Origin: Mobula hypostoma
Taxonomy: Eukaryota
Reading direction: 5' to 3'
NCBI RefSeq assembly: GCF_963921235.1
Contig: NC_086097.1
Span: 107,138,001-107,202,000, forward strand
Length of the DNA: 64,000 nucleotides
This document shows, one piece after another, positions 13,426 to 23,768 of the stretch; within the stretch, counting starts at the first letter, position 1; every line of letters starts with the position of its first letter. The position numbers and the translations under genes were made by a program. The notes below the pieces were generated by a model that worked only from the letters and a program-made list of their open reading frames with translations, made no database searches and was not told where the DNA came from.

Positions 13426-13959
13426 TCACAAGTGAAGTGTTGCCTCACCTGGAAGGACTGTTTGGGGCCCTGAATGGTGGTGAGAGAGGAGGTGTAGAGA
13501 CAGGTGTAGCACTTACGCTTGCAGAGATAAGTGCTGGGTGGGAGATCAATGGGGAGGGACATGTGGACCAGGGAGTCGCGGAGGGATGATCCCTGTGGAA
13601 AGCGGAGAGGGGTAGAGAGGGAAAGATGTGCTTAGTGGTGGGGTCCTGTTGAAGGTGGCAGAAGTTGTGGAGGATAATGTGCTGGATCCGGAGGCTGGTG
13701 GGTGGTAGGTGAGGACAAGGGGAACTCTGTCCCTGATGTGGTGATGGGAGGAGGGGGTAAGGGCCGAAGTGTGGGAAATGGAGGAGATGCGGGTGAGGGC
13801 ATCATTGATGATGGCAGAAGGGAAGCTACGATCCTTAAAGAAAGAGGACATTTGAGATGTCCTGGAACGGAAAGCCTCATCCTGGGAGCAGATGCGGTGG
13901 AGACGGATGAACTGGGAATAGGGAATAGCATTTTTGTATGTGACAGAATCGGAAGAGGT

Positions 13960-14600
13960 ATGCCTTCTCTGACGATATCAATATGTCAGGCCCAGGATAA
14001 ATCCTTTGAGATGTTAATGCCAGGAACTTAAAACTGCTCACCTTTTCCAGTGCTGACCTGCTGGTTTGTATTCTACCAACTTATTCATGAAGTCCATAAT
14101 CAATTCCTTAGTCTTACTGATGTTGAGTGCAAGTTTTTAGTTGTAACACTATTCAACCAGCCGATTTATCTCACTCCTGTGTGCCTCTTCATCACCACCT
14201 GAGATCGTGCCAACAATTCTGTCACTGGCAAATTTATAGATGGCATTTGAGCTGTGCCTAGCCAGCCAGTTGTGAATGTAGAGAGAGCAGAGCAATGCGT
14301 TAAGCAAGTATCCTTGAGGTGTGCCGCTGTTGATTGTCAGAGATTTCTTTAAGCCAGCCTGGTTGAAGGCCCAAAAAATGATTGAGAAGCAATCAGGGTG
14401 TTCTGTCTCATGACTGTTGGTAATGGAGCTGAACCCCTCCAGTGCAGGCTTAACGTCTGCCAGGGGTTGAATATACTTTGCAACCAGGATGATGGCAGAA
14501 AACTCCCTTGGCGGATAGAACGGACGACACTTGACAACCTGATGTTCCATGTTGGGAGGGCAGGACTGAGACAGAACTACCACATCTATGCACCATAATG
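13960..14600 (-). mobile_element. Rex1/Babar LINE fragments (APE plus RT, internally deleted)
   Basis: ORF 14149-14844: KCRPFYPPREFS...TINSGTPQG...AIYKFASD. Confidence 0.85.
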
Positions 14601-14924
14601 AGTTAATCATGAATACCAAAATTGTAGTAAAAACTGAGAAAGATTGTAAAAACATTGTAGAGATAGGTGTGTGATTGAAATGGGGGACTTCTGGAAGATG
14701 CTGTTTAATACAAGTAAATATGAATTTATGTATTTTTGAGCAAAGGAACAAAAAGTAATCAAAATTAAAATGAGTCCGAGATGGTTGAAAGGTAAGACCA
14801 CAGGAAGTATTGAAAAATAGAGGAACTTGGATGTATAAGTCCAAGGATCCTTGAAAGTGGCAACACAGTTAGATAAAGTGGCAAAGAAGGAGCACAGCAT
14901 ACCGACCTTAGCTATCAGCCCACA

Positions 14925-16325
14925 AGACATAGAAACAGAAATAGGTCATTCAGCCCAGCGAATCTGCTCCACCATTCCATCATGGCTGATCCTGGATCCT
15001 ACTCAATCCCATACACCTGCCTTCTCGCCATATCTTTTGATGCCCTGACCAATCAGGAAACTATCAAATTCTGCTTTAAATATACCGATGAACTTGGCCT
15101 TCACTGCAGTCTGTGGCAGAACATTCCACAGATTCACTACTCCATGGCTAAAAAAAAAATTACTCCTTACCTCTGTTCTAAAAGGTCGCCTCACAATTTT
15201 GAGGCTGTGCCCTCTAGTTCTGGATACCCCCACCATTGCACCATGAGTTCATCCACCTTATTCTGAATGCTACATGCATTTAAAACCACCACCATCAGCC
15301 TTGCATTCTTCGCCCTTCTGAATTTTGCCTTTGTGGTACAATTTAACTCTTTCCTCTGTCTGCATTTGTACCCAATCTTTGGCTTTTCCTTCCTTACATT
15401 CATGTTACACCCATCATTTACTTGTAAACCTGCTGGCTCATCCTCAGCTCTCTGATACTGGTTCCCATCCCCCTGTCATATCATTAAACAACTCTCACAG
15501 CTGTAGTAAACTTGCCCACAAGAATATTAGTCCCCCTCGGATTCAAGTGCAACCTGTCCCTTTTGTACAGGTCACACCTGCCCCAGAAGGGGTCCCAATT
15601 ATCCAGAAATCTGAATCCTTACCCCCTGCTCCAATTCTTCAGCCACCTGCTACCTCATTCTATTCCTATCCTCTCTGTCGCGTGGCAGAGGCAGCAATCC
15701 TGAGATTACTACCTTCGAGGTCCTGCTTCTCAGCTTCCTTCTTAACTCCCTGAATTCTGTTTTCAAGACCTCCTCCCTTTTTCTATCTACAAACGTTTGT
15801 ATGTCATTGGTACAAATAGGTACCACGACCTCTGCCTGCTCACTTTCTCTTTTCAGAATATTGTGGCCACGTTCAGAAACATCTCAGACCCTGGCATCTG
15901 GGAGGCAAACTACCAACTGTGTTTCTTTTTCATGTCCACATAATTGCCTATCTGTTTCCTAACTATAGAGTCCACTATTACTGCTGCCATCCTCTTCAGT
16001 TCCCTACTCTTCTGAGCCTCAGGGCCAGATTCGGTGCCAGAGGTGTGGCCACTGTTGCTTCCCCCATTAGGTTGCTCCCCACCCCCCCAATGGGGTAGCA
16101 GTACTCAAATTGGAGTACTTATTGTCGAGGGCAATGGCCACAGGGGTGCTCTCCACTATCTGACGTTCTCTCTTACCTCTCCTATTTATCTTTCTCCTGT
16201 ACCCTAGGGGTGACTGTAGCTCTGTAGCTCCTGTCTATCACCTCTTCACTTTCTCTAACAAGCCGAAGGGTCATCGAGCTGCAGCTCCAGTTCCTTAACA
16301 TTGTCTCTAAGGGTCTGTATCTCGA
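14925..16325 (-). mobile_element. CR1 remnant: ORF1 esterase region and ORF2 start adjoining a CR1 3' end
   Basis: Homologous to 43200-44290 (gtaccaatgaca, cttgaatccgagggggactaat); CR1 3' end at 14925-15230. Confidence 0.8.
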
Positions 16326-18151
16326 CAAACACAGTGAACAGTAGCGCTCTGAGGTGTGTGGTAAAGCAAAAGGATCTGGAAATACAGGGACTGGTGTGTG
16401 TTCCCTCGACTTCCTGAAGTCCACAATCCTTTATCTTACTGATGTTGAATGCAAGGTCGTCGTCGTGGCACCACTCAATCAGATGATCTATCTCACTCCT
16501 CTATGCTTCCTTGTCACCATCTGAAATTCTGCCAGCAATAGTTGTGTTATTATCACATTTATAGATGGCATTTGAGCTGTGCCTAGCCACACAGTCATGG
16601 GTGTGGATTCAGTGAAGAAGTGGGCTAAGTACATACTATTGAGGTTGATTGTCAGTGAGGAGGATCTAAGGCAGAGTGGAGAGCCAGTGAGATTGCATCC
16701 ACTGTAGATCTATTGTGGAAATAGGTAAATCGCAGTGGGTCCAACTCCTTGCTTAGGCAGGAGTTGATTCTGATAACCACCCTTTGAAGCACTTCATCAC
16801 AGTAGATGTGTGTTCAATTGGGCGATAGTCATTGAAGATGCTCATTCAGCTCTTATTGGGCACTGGTATGCTTGTTTCCCTTTTGAAACAGTTGGGAAAC
16901 TCCATCTGCAGCAGTGAGAGATTGAAAATATCCTTCAACACTCCTACCAGTTGGTTAGAACATGTTTTCAGTGCCCTACTGGGTATACCATCAAAGCCTG
17001 ATGCCTTGTGAGTGTTCACCCTTTTGAAGGATGTTCCGATATTGACCTCCAAGACAGAGACCACAGGATCACCAGATGCTGCAGGGATTCACATAGGTGT
17101 AGTTTTATTCTTCCTTTCAAAGCCTGCATAAAAACTGGTGAGCTCATCTGGGAGAGAAGTATCACAACTATTCATGAGGTTATGTTTCTCCCTGTAGAAA
17201 TAATGGCCTGCAAACCCTGCCAAAGCTGATGTATATCCAATTCCTTCTGTAACTTCGATCAGAATTGTTTACTTGCTCTTAACATAGCCTTCCATAGGTT
17301 GTACCTGAACTTCCTGTATAGTTTGGATCACGAGCCTTGAATGCCGCAGACCTAGCCCTTGGAAGACCATGAATTTCCTGGTTTCACAGATTTTTAGTTT
17401 GGGAGTGTCCAGTAGGTCTTAATGAAGTTGATGACAACTGTGGTATATTCATTCAGATTCTAAGATGAATCCCTGATTATTGTCCAGTTCACTTTGAGTA
17501 GTCTTGTAAGTTCTCCTCCGCCTCCCTTGACCATACCTTCTTGGTTCTCACCACTGGTGCAGTGGTTTTCAGTCTCTGCCTGTTTCTGGTTGGGCGCCGG
17601 ATGCTCGGAGAGATTCGGCGGGGGCCATGGTCAAGTGGTCGGTGACTTGGGCCAGCTCCCCCACTGGATTTAGTCTGGTGAAGAGGGTGTGAGGACACCC
17701 AGCAGGACTAAAAAAAGACAAGACCTGACAAAGGGCAGATGAGCTCCTTGTGAGCCAATGACCATCTTCAGTGGAAGAGAATAAAGCCTCACCACGTGTT
17801 GTCACAATGGTGGGGGCATTGGGAGCAAGGGTGGACCCAAATGCAAGACACATCTTGTGAGGTTACATAGATTTAGTTTTTTGTTCGATACCAGGAGAGC
17901 AAGGCAGAAGCAGGAATAGCGAACTGGACAAGGACTCAGGACTACGACTAGGCTGGGACCAAGGGTCTGGGCTTGGACTCGGAATCGGATCCCGGAACTA
18001 GAGGAGACTCGAAGAGGCAAGGGTATGGACTCCGAGCCCGAGACTGGGCAAGGACCCAGTACCTGGGTCTTGCCTCGGGCTCGGACCCCAGAACCAGACG
18101 TGGACATGACATGGGCTAGGGAGAGGAGGAACATGGAACCATAGACACATT

Positions 18152-18323
18152 CACAGAACACAGAGTCGGGACCCCTCCTTGGGGACAGGACATAGGACCA
18201 GGACTCACACACAGAACAGAGAGCCGGGACCCCTCCTTGGGTACAGGACATAGGGCCGGGACTCACACACAGAACAGAGAGCTGGGACCCCTCCTTGGGT
18301 ACAGGACATAGGGCCGGGACTCA
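18152..18323. repeat. 58-bp tandem repeat x3
   Basis: cacagaac units start at 18152, 18210, 18268. Confidence 0.95.
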
Positions 18324-18611
18324 TGACGCTCTGCGGGGCAACGGCAAGATGATCAGACTTACCCCACGGAGGCGAGGACAAGACAAGACAAGACATGGCC
18401 CCCCCGCGGGGCAACGGCAAGATGGCAAGACTTACCCCACGGAGGCGAGGACCAGACAAGACCAACACGAAAGCACACCAGACAGTACCTATCTAGCTCC
18501 AGCGATAGAACTAGACTGAGGTGCAGCCGAGAGCTGCAGACGAAGGCTAGAGGCGAGAGGGGCAGAGAAGGGATACAGACTGGGGGGGGATAGGACAGGA
18601 ATCACAGACCG

Positions 18612-18880
18612 CCAGGGCCAGGACTCAACTTGGAACTTGGAAGCCACCTGGGCCAGGACTCGACTCGGAACTTGGAAGCCACCAGGGCCAGGACTCGACT
18701 CGGAACTTGGAAGCCGCCAGGGCCAGGACTCGACTCGGTACTTGAATGACACCAGGGCCAGGATTCGATTCGGTACTTGAATGCCACCAGGACAAGGACT
18801 TGATTTGGTACTTCAATGCCACCGGATCCAGGACTTGACTTGGTACTTGAATGCTGCCGGAGCCAGGACTTGACTTGGAG
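18612..18880. repeat. 35-bp tandem repeat, about 8 units
   Basis: ccagggccaggactcgactcggaacttggaagcca units at 18612, 18647, 18682, 18717, 18752, 18787, 18822, 18857. Confidence 0.95.
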
Positions 18881-19301
18881 CCTTCGGATAGTGGCGAGCT
18901 CTCGACTCGGCCCGGGAACAGTAGACAGCGGTTCTTGATTCCCGCTTTGGCGGGGTAACTTGACAGGGTTGCTCTGGTGAGGAAAGGCGAATTACCGGCA
19001 CTCCCTTTGGGCGGAGACTAGGCTTGCTCCGGCCAGATGACATTGGCATGCCGTACCTTTGGTGACTTTGCAGACGCTTCTGCGCTGAATGGCTGAAAGC
19101 CAGAGACTATAAACTACCGGTTCAGCCGAGCGTTAATTGCCTCTAATCACCAAAGCCGAGGGACACAGGAAGACAGTGAATCAACGGTCCGGATCGTAAC
19201 ATAAACAAGGTAAATTTAAAGGGACCCTGATCCGGACCATGACATGTATCTACAAATCGTATGCTATGCACTTAGTTAGAAGAGACATGATGAACTTGGG
19301 C

Positions 19302-19466
19302 GCTGCACCGTGTGCCTGGACCTGCCCAAGGAAGGGCTGAGCTTGAAGAAACGGCTGCGGCTGGAAGTCGACACGGCCTCGGGCTCGAGTTCGGCGGGGG
19401 CAGCGGCAGGCGGTGCCAAGGCGGCCAGTGAGAACAAACTGGAGGAGAGGCTGTACTCGGTGCTGT
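19302..19466 (+). pseudogene. ZFTRAF1: Captured, circularly permuted fragment of ZFTRAF1 (CYHR1) N-terminal coding region
   Basis: 19304-19465 translates [54 protein letters not shown]; vertebrate ZFTRAF1, recalled from memory, reads KKRLR...[20 protein letters not shown]. Confidence 0.85.
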
Positions 19467-19986
19467 TGCAAGATTGAAGAAGATGGAGGTGCGTAGTCGC
19501 CAACCCCGGATTCGGGACGGCACCCACTGACTGACTAACTGACTGTACACCAGGAGTAGAAGTACAGCCGTGTGATTGGACTTTCCAAAGTGCAAGTGTG
19601 GAATGGTACAGGAAGCAATCTTGATGGTGGAATTACAATGGTCAAGTGTGTTGCGTCCTCTGATTTCACAGATGATATGTTGGTGGTAGTAGGTCAGAGA
19701 CTTCTTCAAGCTGGCCTGGTTGAAATCCCCCACAGTGATAGAAGAGGCATCAGGATGGCTTTTTGTGACTGCTGATCATGGTGGTCAGCTCCTTCAGTGC
19801 CTAATGTCGACCAAGGGTGGGATGTATACCACGACCGGGATGATGACGGAAAACACTTTCAGCAGACAAAGTACATAGCAGTTCCTGATGTCTCTCTACT
19901 ATTGTAATCTTGCTTTAAGACCTTCATTTTTATTTTCCAGAGACTGTACATTGGCCAGCAGGATAGAAGATATTTTAGGTCTAAGG

Positions 19987-20066
19987 TAGGTGTTCCCAAC
20001 CTTTTTTATGCTATGGACTTCTACCATTAACCGAGGGGTCTGTGAACCCCATGTTGGGAACCTCTT
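19987..20066. mobile_element. 80-bp hAT-type MITE
   Basis: TIR-like taggtgttcccaac...gttgggaacctctt; 8-bp TSD gtctaagg (19979-19986) / gtctaaag (20067-20074). Confidence 0.75.
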
Positions 20067-21374
20067 GTCTAAAGGCTCTGCATTTCAATCTGACTTGCAG
20101 AACAGCATGCTTTTCTCATTTCTTTTTTCTTAAAGAGGAACTGCATTTGTGACTTGAATCTGCTGTCTGGGGTCTGCTGATTTTGAGAATTGATAGATTT
20201 TTTAAAACTACTTAAAGCGATGTTGCTAACTGAAGTACCTATGACTGTGACTGTGGATTTCAGGTGCAGTAGACCTAACTGGAAATATTTGATGATTCCT
20301 CTTGGAGCTGCACACAAAGAGGCACAGTTTATCGGCACCACCTTGGGTGAGATAAGAGCTAAAGGTTGTAGGCTTAGTGTGAAAAGTGAAATATTGAAAG
20401 TGAATCTGAGGGGCAATGTCTTCGTTCAGAGGATGGTGTGAGGGTGGAGTGAGCTGCCAGTGGAAATGGTAGATGTGGTTTTAATTTAAGAGAAGTTTGG
20501 AAATGTATATGGATGAGAAGAATATAGAGCTATATTTTAAGTGCATGTAAATGGGACTTAGCAAAAGACAAGATCAGCATAAACTAGATGGGTGAAAGAG
20601 CCTCTTTCTGTGCTGTATTATTGGCAAAGAATTGAAGGCTGGTTAATGGAATTAGTATAGGTTGGAACTTGATGGCTGACAGACACAGTGGACTGAAGGG
20701 CCTTTTCTGTGCCATTGACATCATGACCACATGACTATCTGAGACACAAGAATGTTGTAAAGGAGGCTGTATTCTGGATGTAATCCCATACTATCCAAGA
20801 GGGTTGTACTTTGATCTCAAACTACAAGGAAAAGACTGCGTTAGAGCTGAAAGAAACTGGAAACATTGAGGTAAGGTAAAGAAATGTGAAATATTAGGAT
20901 TGTTCTTAGGGCCAGAGGAAACTCAGTGGAATTTTAGAGTTGTGATAAAGTTTCTTTATAGACATTCTGAACAAAGCTCTCTTGCCCCCCAACCCCACCA
21001 CACAGTATATCTTCTGTTAGAAAACTGGAACCTGGCTAGTCAGTGCTTGAAATCAAAAATACAAGATAATGAAGAAATACAATCACTAATCTCTGCATTT
21101 GCAAGCACCATTTTGGATATTGACACTCTTTATGTCTGAGAAGAAAGCTTCAAGCTGAGAATACATTTTGTGATGAGCAAGATATTAACAGCCTATAGCA
21201 ATGAGAGGGTTGTGTTATACCTGGTGCCATGACAATAAGGTCTCATATGAGTTTTGCTTCAGAGGACTTGATAGAGCTCTTTAATTGGAAATAGAGATGT
21301 ATAGTTATCATGCAACACACATAAAAGTTGCTGGTGAACGTAGCAGGCCAGGCAGCATCTCTAGGAAGAGGTGC

Positions 21375-21410
21375 AGTCGACGTTTCAGGCCGAGACCCTT
21401 CGTCAGGACT
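21375..21410 (-). ncRNA. Minimal type I hammerhead ribozyme motif, intact core
   Basis: AGTC-CTGACGA-A-GGGT(CTCG)GCCT-GAAAC-GTC-GACT on minus strand. Confidence 0.85.
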
Positions 21411-21705
21411 AACTGAAGGAAGAGTGAGTAAGGGATTTGAAAGTTGGAGGGGGAGGGGGAGATCCAAAATGATAGGAGAAGACAGGAGGGGGAGGGATGG
21501 AGCCAAGAGCCAGACAGGTGATAGGCAAAAGGGATACAAGAGGATCATGGGACAAGAGGTCCGGGAAGAAAGACAAGTGGGGGGGGGAGCCCAAAGGATG
21601 GGCAAGAGGTATATTCAGAGGAACAGAGGGAGAAAAAGGAGAGTGAGAGAAAGAATGTGTGTATAAAAATAAGTAACAGATGGGGTACGAGGGAGAGGTG
21701 GGGCA

Positions 21706-22830
21706 TTAGTGGAAGTTAGAGAAGTCGATGTTCATGCCATCAGGTTGGAGGCTACCCAGACGGAATATAAGGTGTTGTTCCTCCAACCTGAGTGTGGCTT
21801 CATCTTTACAGTAAAGGAGGCCGTGGATAGACATGTCAGAATGGGAATGGGATGTGGAATTAAAATGCGTGGCCACTGGGAGATCCTGCTTTCTCTGGCG
21901 GACAGAGCGTAGATGTTCAGCAAAGCGGTCTCCCAGTCTGCGTCGGGTCTCGCCAATATATAAAAGGCCACATCGGGAGCACCGGACGCAGTATATCACC
22001 TCATCCGACTCACAGGTGAAGTGTTGCCTCACCTGGAAGGACTGTTTGGGGCCCTGAATGGTGGTAAGGGAGGAAGTGTAAGGGCATGTGTAGCACTTGT
22101 TCCGCTTACACGGATAAGTGCCAGGAGGGAGATCAGTGGGGAGGGATGGGGGGGACGAATGGACAAGGGAGTTGCGTAGGGAGCGATCCCTGCGGAATGC
22201 AGAAGGGGGGGAGGGAAAGGTGTGCTTAGTGGTGGGATCCCGTTGGAGGTGGCAGAAGTTACGGAGAATAATATGTTGGACCCGGAGGCTGGTGGGGTGG
22301 TAGGAGGATGGAGTGAGGGGAACTCTATTCCTAGTGGGGTGGCGGGAGGATAGAGTGAGAGCAGATGTACGTGAAATGGGGGAGATGCGTTTAAGAGCAG
22401 AGTTGATAGCGGAGGAAGGGAAGCCCCTTTCTTTAAAAAAGGAAGACATCTCCCTCGTCCTAGAATGAAAAGCCTCATCCTGAGAGCAGATGCGGCGGAG
22501 ACGGAGGAATTGCGAGAAGGGGATGGCGTTTTTGCAAGAGACAGGGTGAGAAGAGGAATAGTCCAGATAGCTGTGAGAGTCAGTAGGCTTATAGTAGACA
22601 TCAGTGGATAAGCTGTCTCCAGAGACAGAGACTGAAAGATCTAGAAAGGGGAGGGAGGTGTCGGAAATGGACCAGGTAAACTTGAGGGCAGGGTGAAAGT
22701 TGGAGGCAAAGTTAATAAAGTCAACGAGCTCTGCATGCGTGCAGGAAGCAGCGCCAATGCAGTCGTCGATGTAGCAAAGGAAAAGTGGGGGACAGATACC
22801 AGAACAGGCACGGAACATAGATTGTTCCAC
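21706..22830 (-). CDS. PLE polyprotein C-terminal part: RT (YIDD), Cys-rich linker, GIY-YIG endonuclease; 5'-truncated
   Basis: 374-aa ORF: YIDD, FLDL, YYKPT, IPFSQFLRLRRICS, PCKRNKCYTC, VIYCVRCSRCGLLYIGET, R-F-EH, LEE, GMN. Confidence 0.9.
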   Translation of the reverse strand: MEQSMFRACSGICPPLFLCYIDDCIGAASCTHAELVDFINFASNFHPALKFTWSISDTSLPFLDLSVSVSGDSLSTDVYYKPTDSHSYLDYSSSHPVSCKNAIPFSQFLRLRRICSQDEAFHSRTREMSSFFKERGFPSSAINSALKRISPISRTSALTLSSRHPTRNRVPLTPSSYHPTSLRVQHIILRNFCHLQRDPTTKHTFPSPPSAFRRDRSLRNSLVHSSPPSLPTDLPPGTYPCKRNKCYTCPYTSSLTTIQGPKQSFQVRQHFTCESDEVIYCVRCSRCGLLYIGETRRRLGDRFAEHLRSVRQRKQDLPVATHFNSTSHSHSDMSIHGLLYCKDEATLRLEEQHLIFRLGSLQPDGMNIDFSNFH

Positions 22831-23732
22831 AAACCCAACAAAAAGGCAGGCATAGCTAGGACCAACGTATTATTCTTCGTAACTTCCGCCACCTCCAACG
22901 GGATCCCACCACTAAGCACATCTTTCCCTCCCCCACTCTCTCTGCATTCCACAGGGATCGCTCCCTACACAACTCCCTTGTCCATTCGACCCCCCATCCC
23001 TCCCCACTGATCTCCCTCCTGGCACTTATCCGTGTAAGCGGAACAAGTGCTACACATGCCCTTACACTTCCTCCCTTACCACCATTCAGGGCCCCAAACA
23101 GTCCTTCCAGGTGAGGCAACACTTCACCTGTGAGTCGGATGAGGTGATATACTGCGTCCGGTGCTCCTGATGTGGCCTTTTATATATTGGCGAGACCCGA
23201 CGCAGACTGGGAGACCGCTTTGCTGAACATCTACGCTCTGTCCGCCAGAGAAAACAAGATCTCCCAGTGGCCACGCATTTTAATTCCACATCCCATTCCC
23301 ATTCTGACATATCTATCCACGGCCTCCTTTACTGTAAAGATGAAGCCACACTCAGGTTGGAGGAACAACACCTTATATTCCGTCTGGGTAGCCTCCAACC
23401 TGATGGCATGAACATCGACTTCTCTAACTTCCACTAATGCCCCACCTCCCCCTCGTACCCCATCTGTTACTTATTTTTATACACATATTCTTTCTCTCAC
23501 TCTCCTTTTTCGCCCTCTGTCCCTCTGAATATACCCCTTGCCCATCCTTTGGGTTCCCCCCCACCCTTGTCTTTCTTCCCGGACCTCCTGTTCCATGATC
23601 CTCTCGTATCCCTTTTGCCTATCACCTGTCCGGCTCTTGGCTCCATCCCTCCCCCTCCTGTCTTCTCCTATCATTTTGGATCTCCCCCTCCCCCTCCAAC
23701 TTTCAAATCCCTTACTCACTCTTCCTTCAGTT

Positions 23733-23768
23733 AGTCCTGACGAAGGGTCTCGGCCTGAAACGTCGACT
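23733..23768 (+). ncRNA. Minimal type I hammerhead ribozyme motif, intact core
   Basis: AGTC-CTGACGA-A-GGGT(CTCG)GCCT-GAAAC-GTC-GACT; predicted cleavage after GUC at 23764. Confidence 0.85.

Larger units (their letters stand above)
12538..13960 (-). mobile_element. 5'-truncated Neptune-type PLE (RT thumb, Cys linker, GIY-YIG, pLTR), interrupted at 13229-13425
   Basis: ORF 13011-13562: TYLCKRKCYTC...VIYCIWCSQCGLLYIGETQRRLGDRF. Confidence 0.92.
17800..19244 (-). mobile_element. Probable solo Gypsy-type LTR with internal minisatellites
   Basis: TGTCA...TGACA inverted termini; no coding capacity; TSD unclear (only tgt shared); strand is tentative. Confidence 0.65.
17584..19542 (+). mobile_element. 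Chimeric GC-rich non-autonomous retroposon (about 510 bp excluding the nested LTR) with RTE-like 3' end and (CTGA)n tail
   Basis: 4-bp TSD ctgt at 17580-17583 and 19543-19546 cleanly splits the Rex1 ORF; tail actgactgactaactga; QD*RRWRCVVANP resembles RTE ORF C-termini. Confidence 0.6.
16330..19960 (-). mobile_element. Rex1/Babar LINE ORF, interrupted by the 17584-19542 insertion
   Basis: GDFNQASLKK...HFGKSNHTAVLLL (19272-19733) resumes as RQRLKTTAPVVRT (17489-17698), then KASGFDGIP...FKRETSIPVP (16846-17064). Confidence 0.88.

Noticed and set aside
17590..17720. HDV-like ribozyme at the 5' end of the chimeric element
   Set aside because: Hairpins are present but I could not assign P1/P2/P3/P1.1 by eye.
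18612..18880. 35-bp repeats as a CRISPR array
   Set aside because: Head-to-tail units with no unique spacers, no cas genes, vertebrate context.
20735..20876. Exon candidate ending at gag|gtaagg
   Set aside because: The longest frame stops just before the donor; no acceptor or homology recognised.
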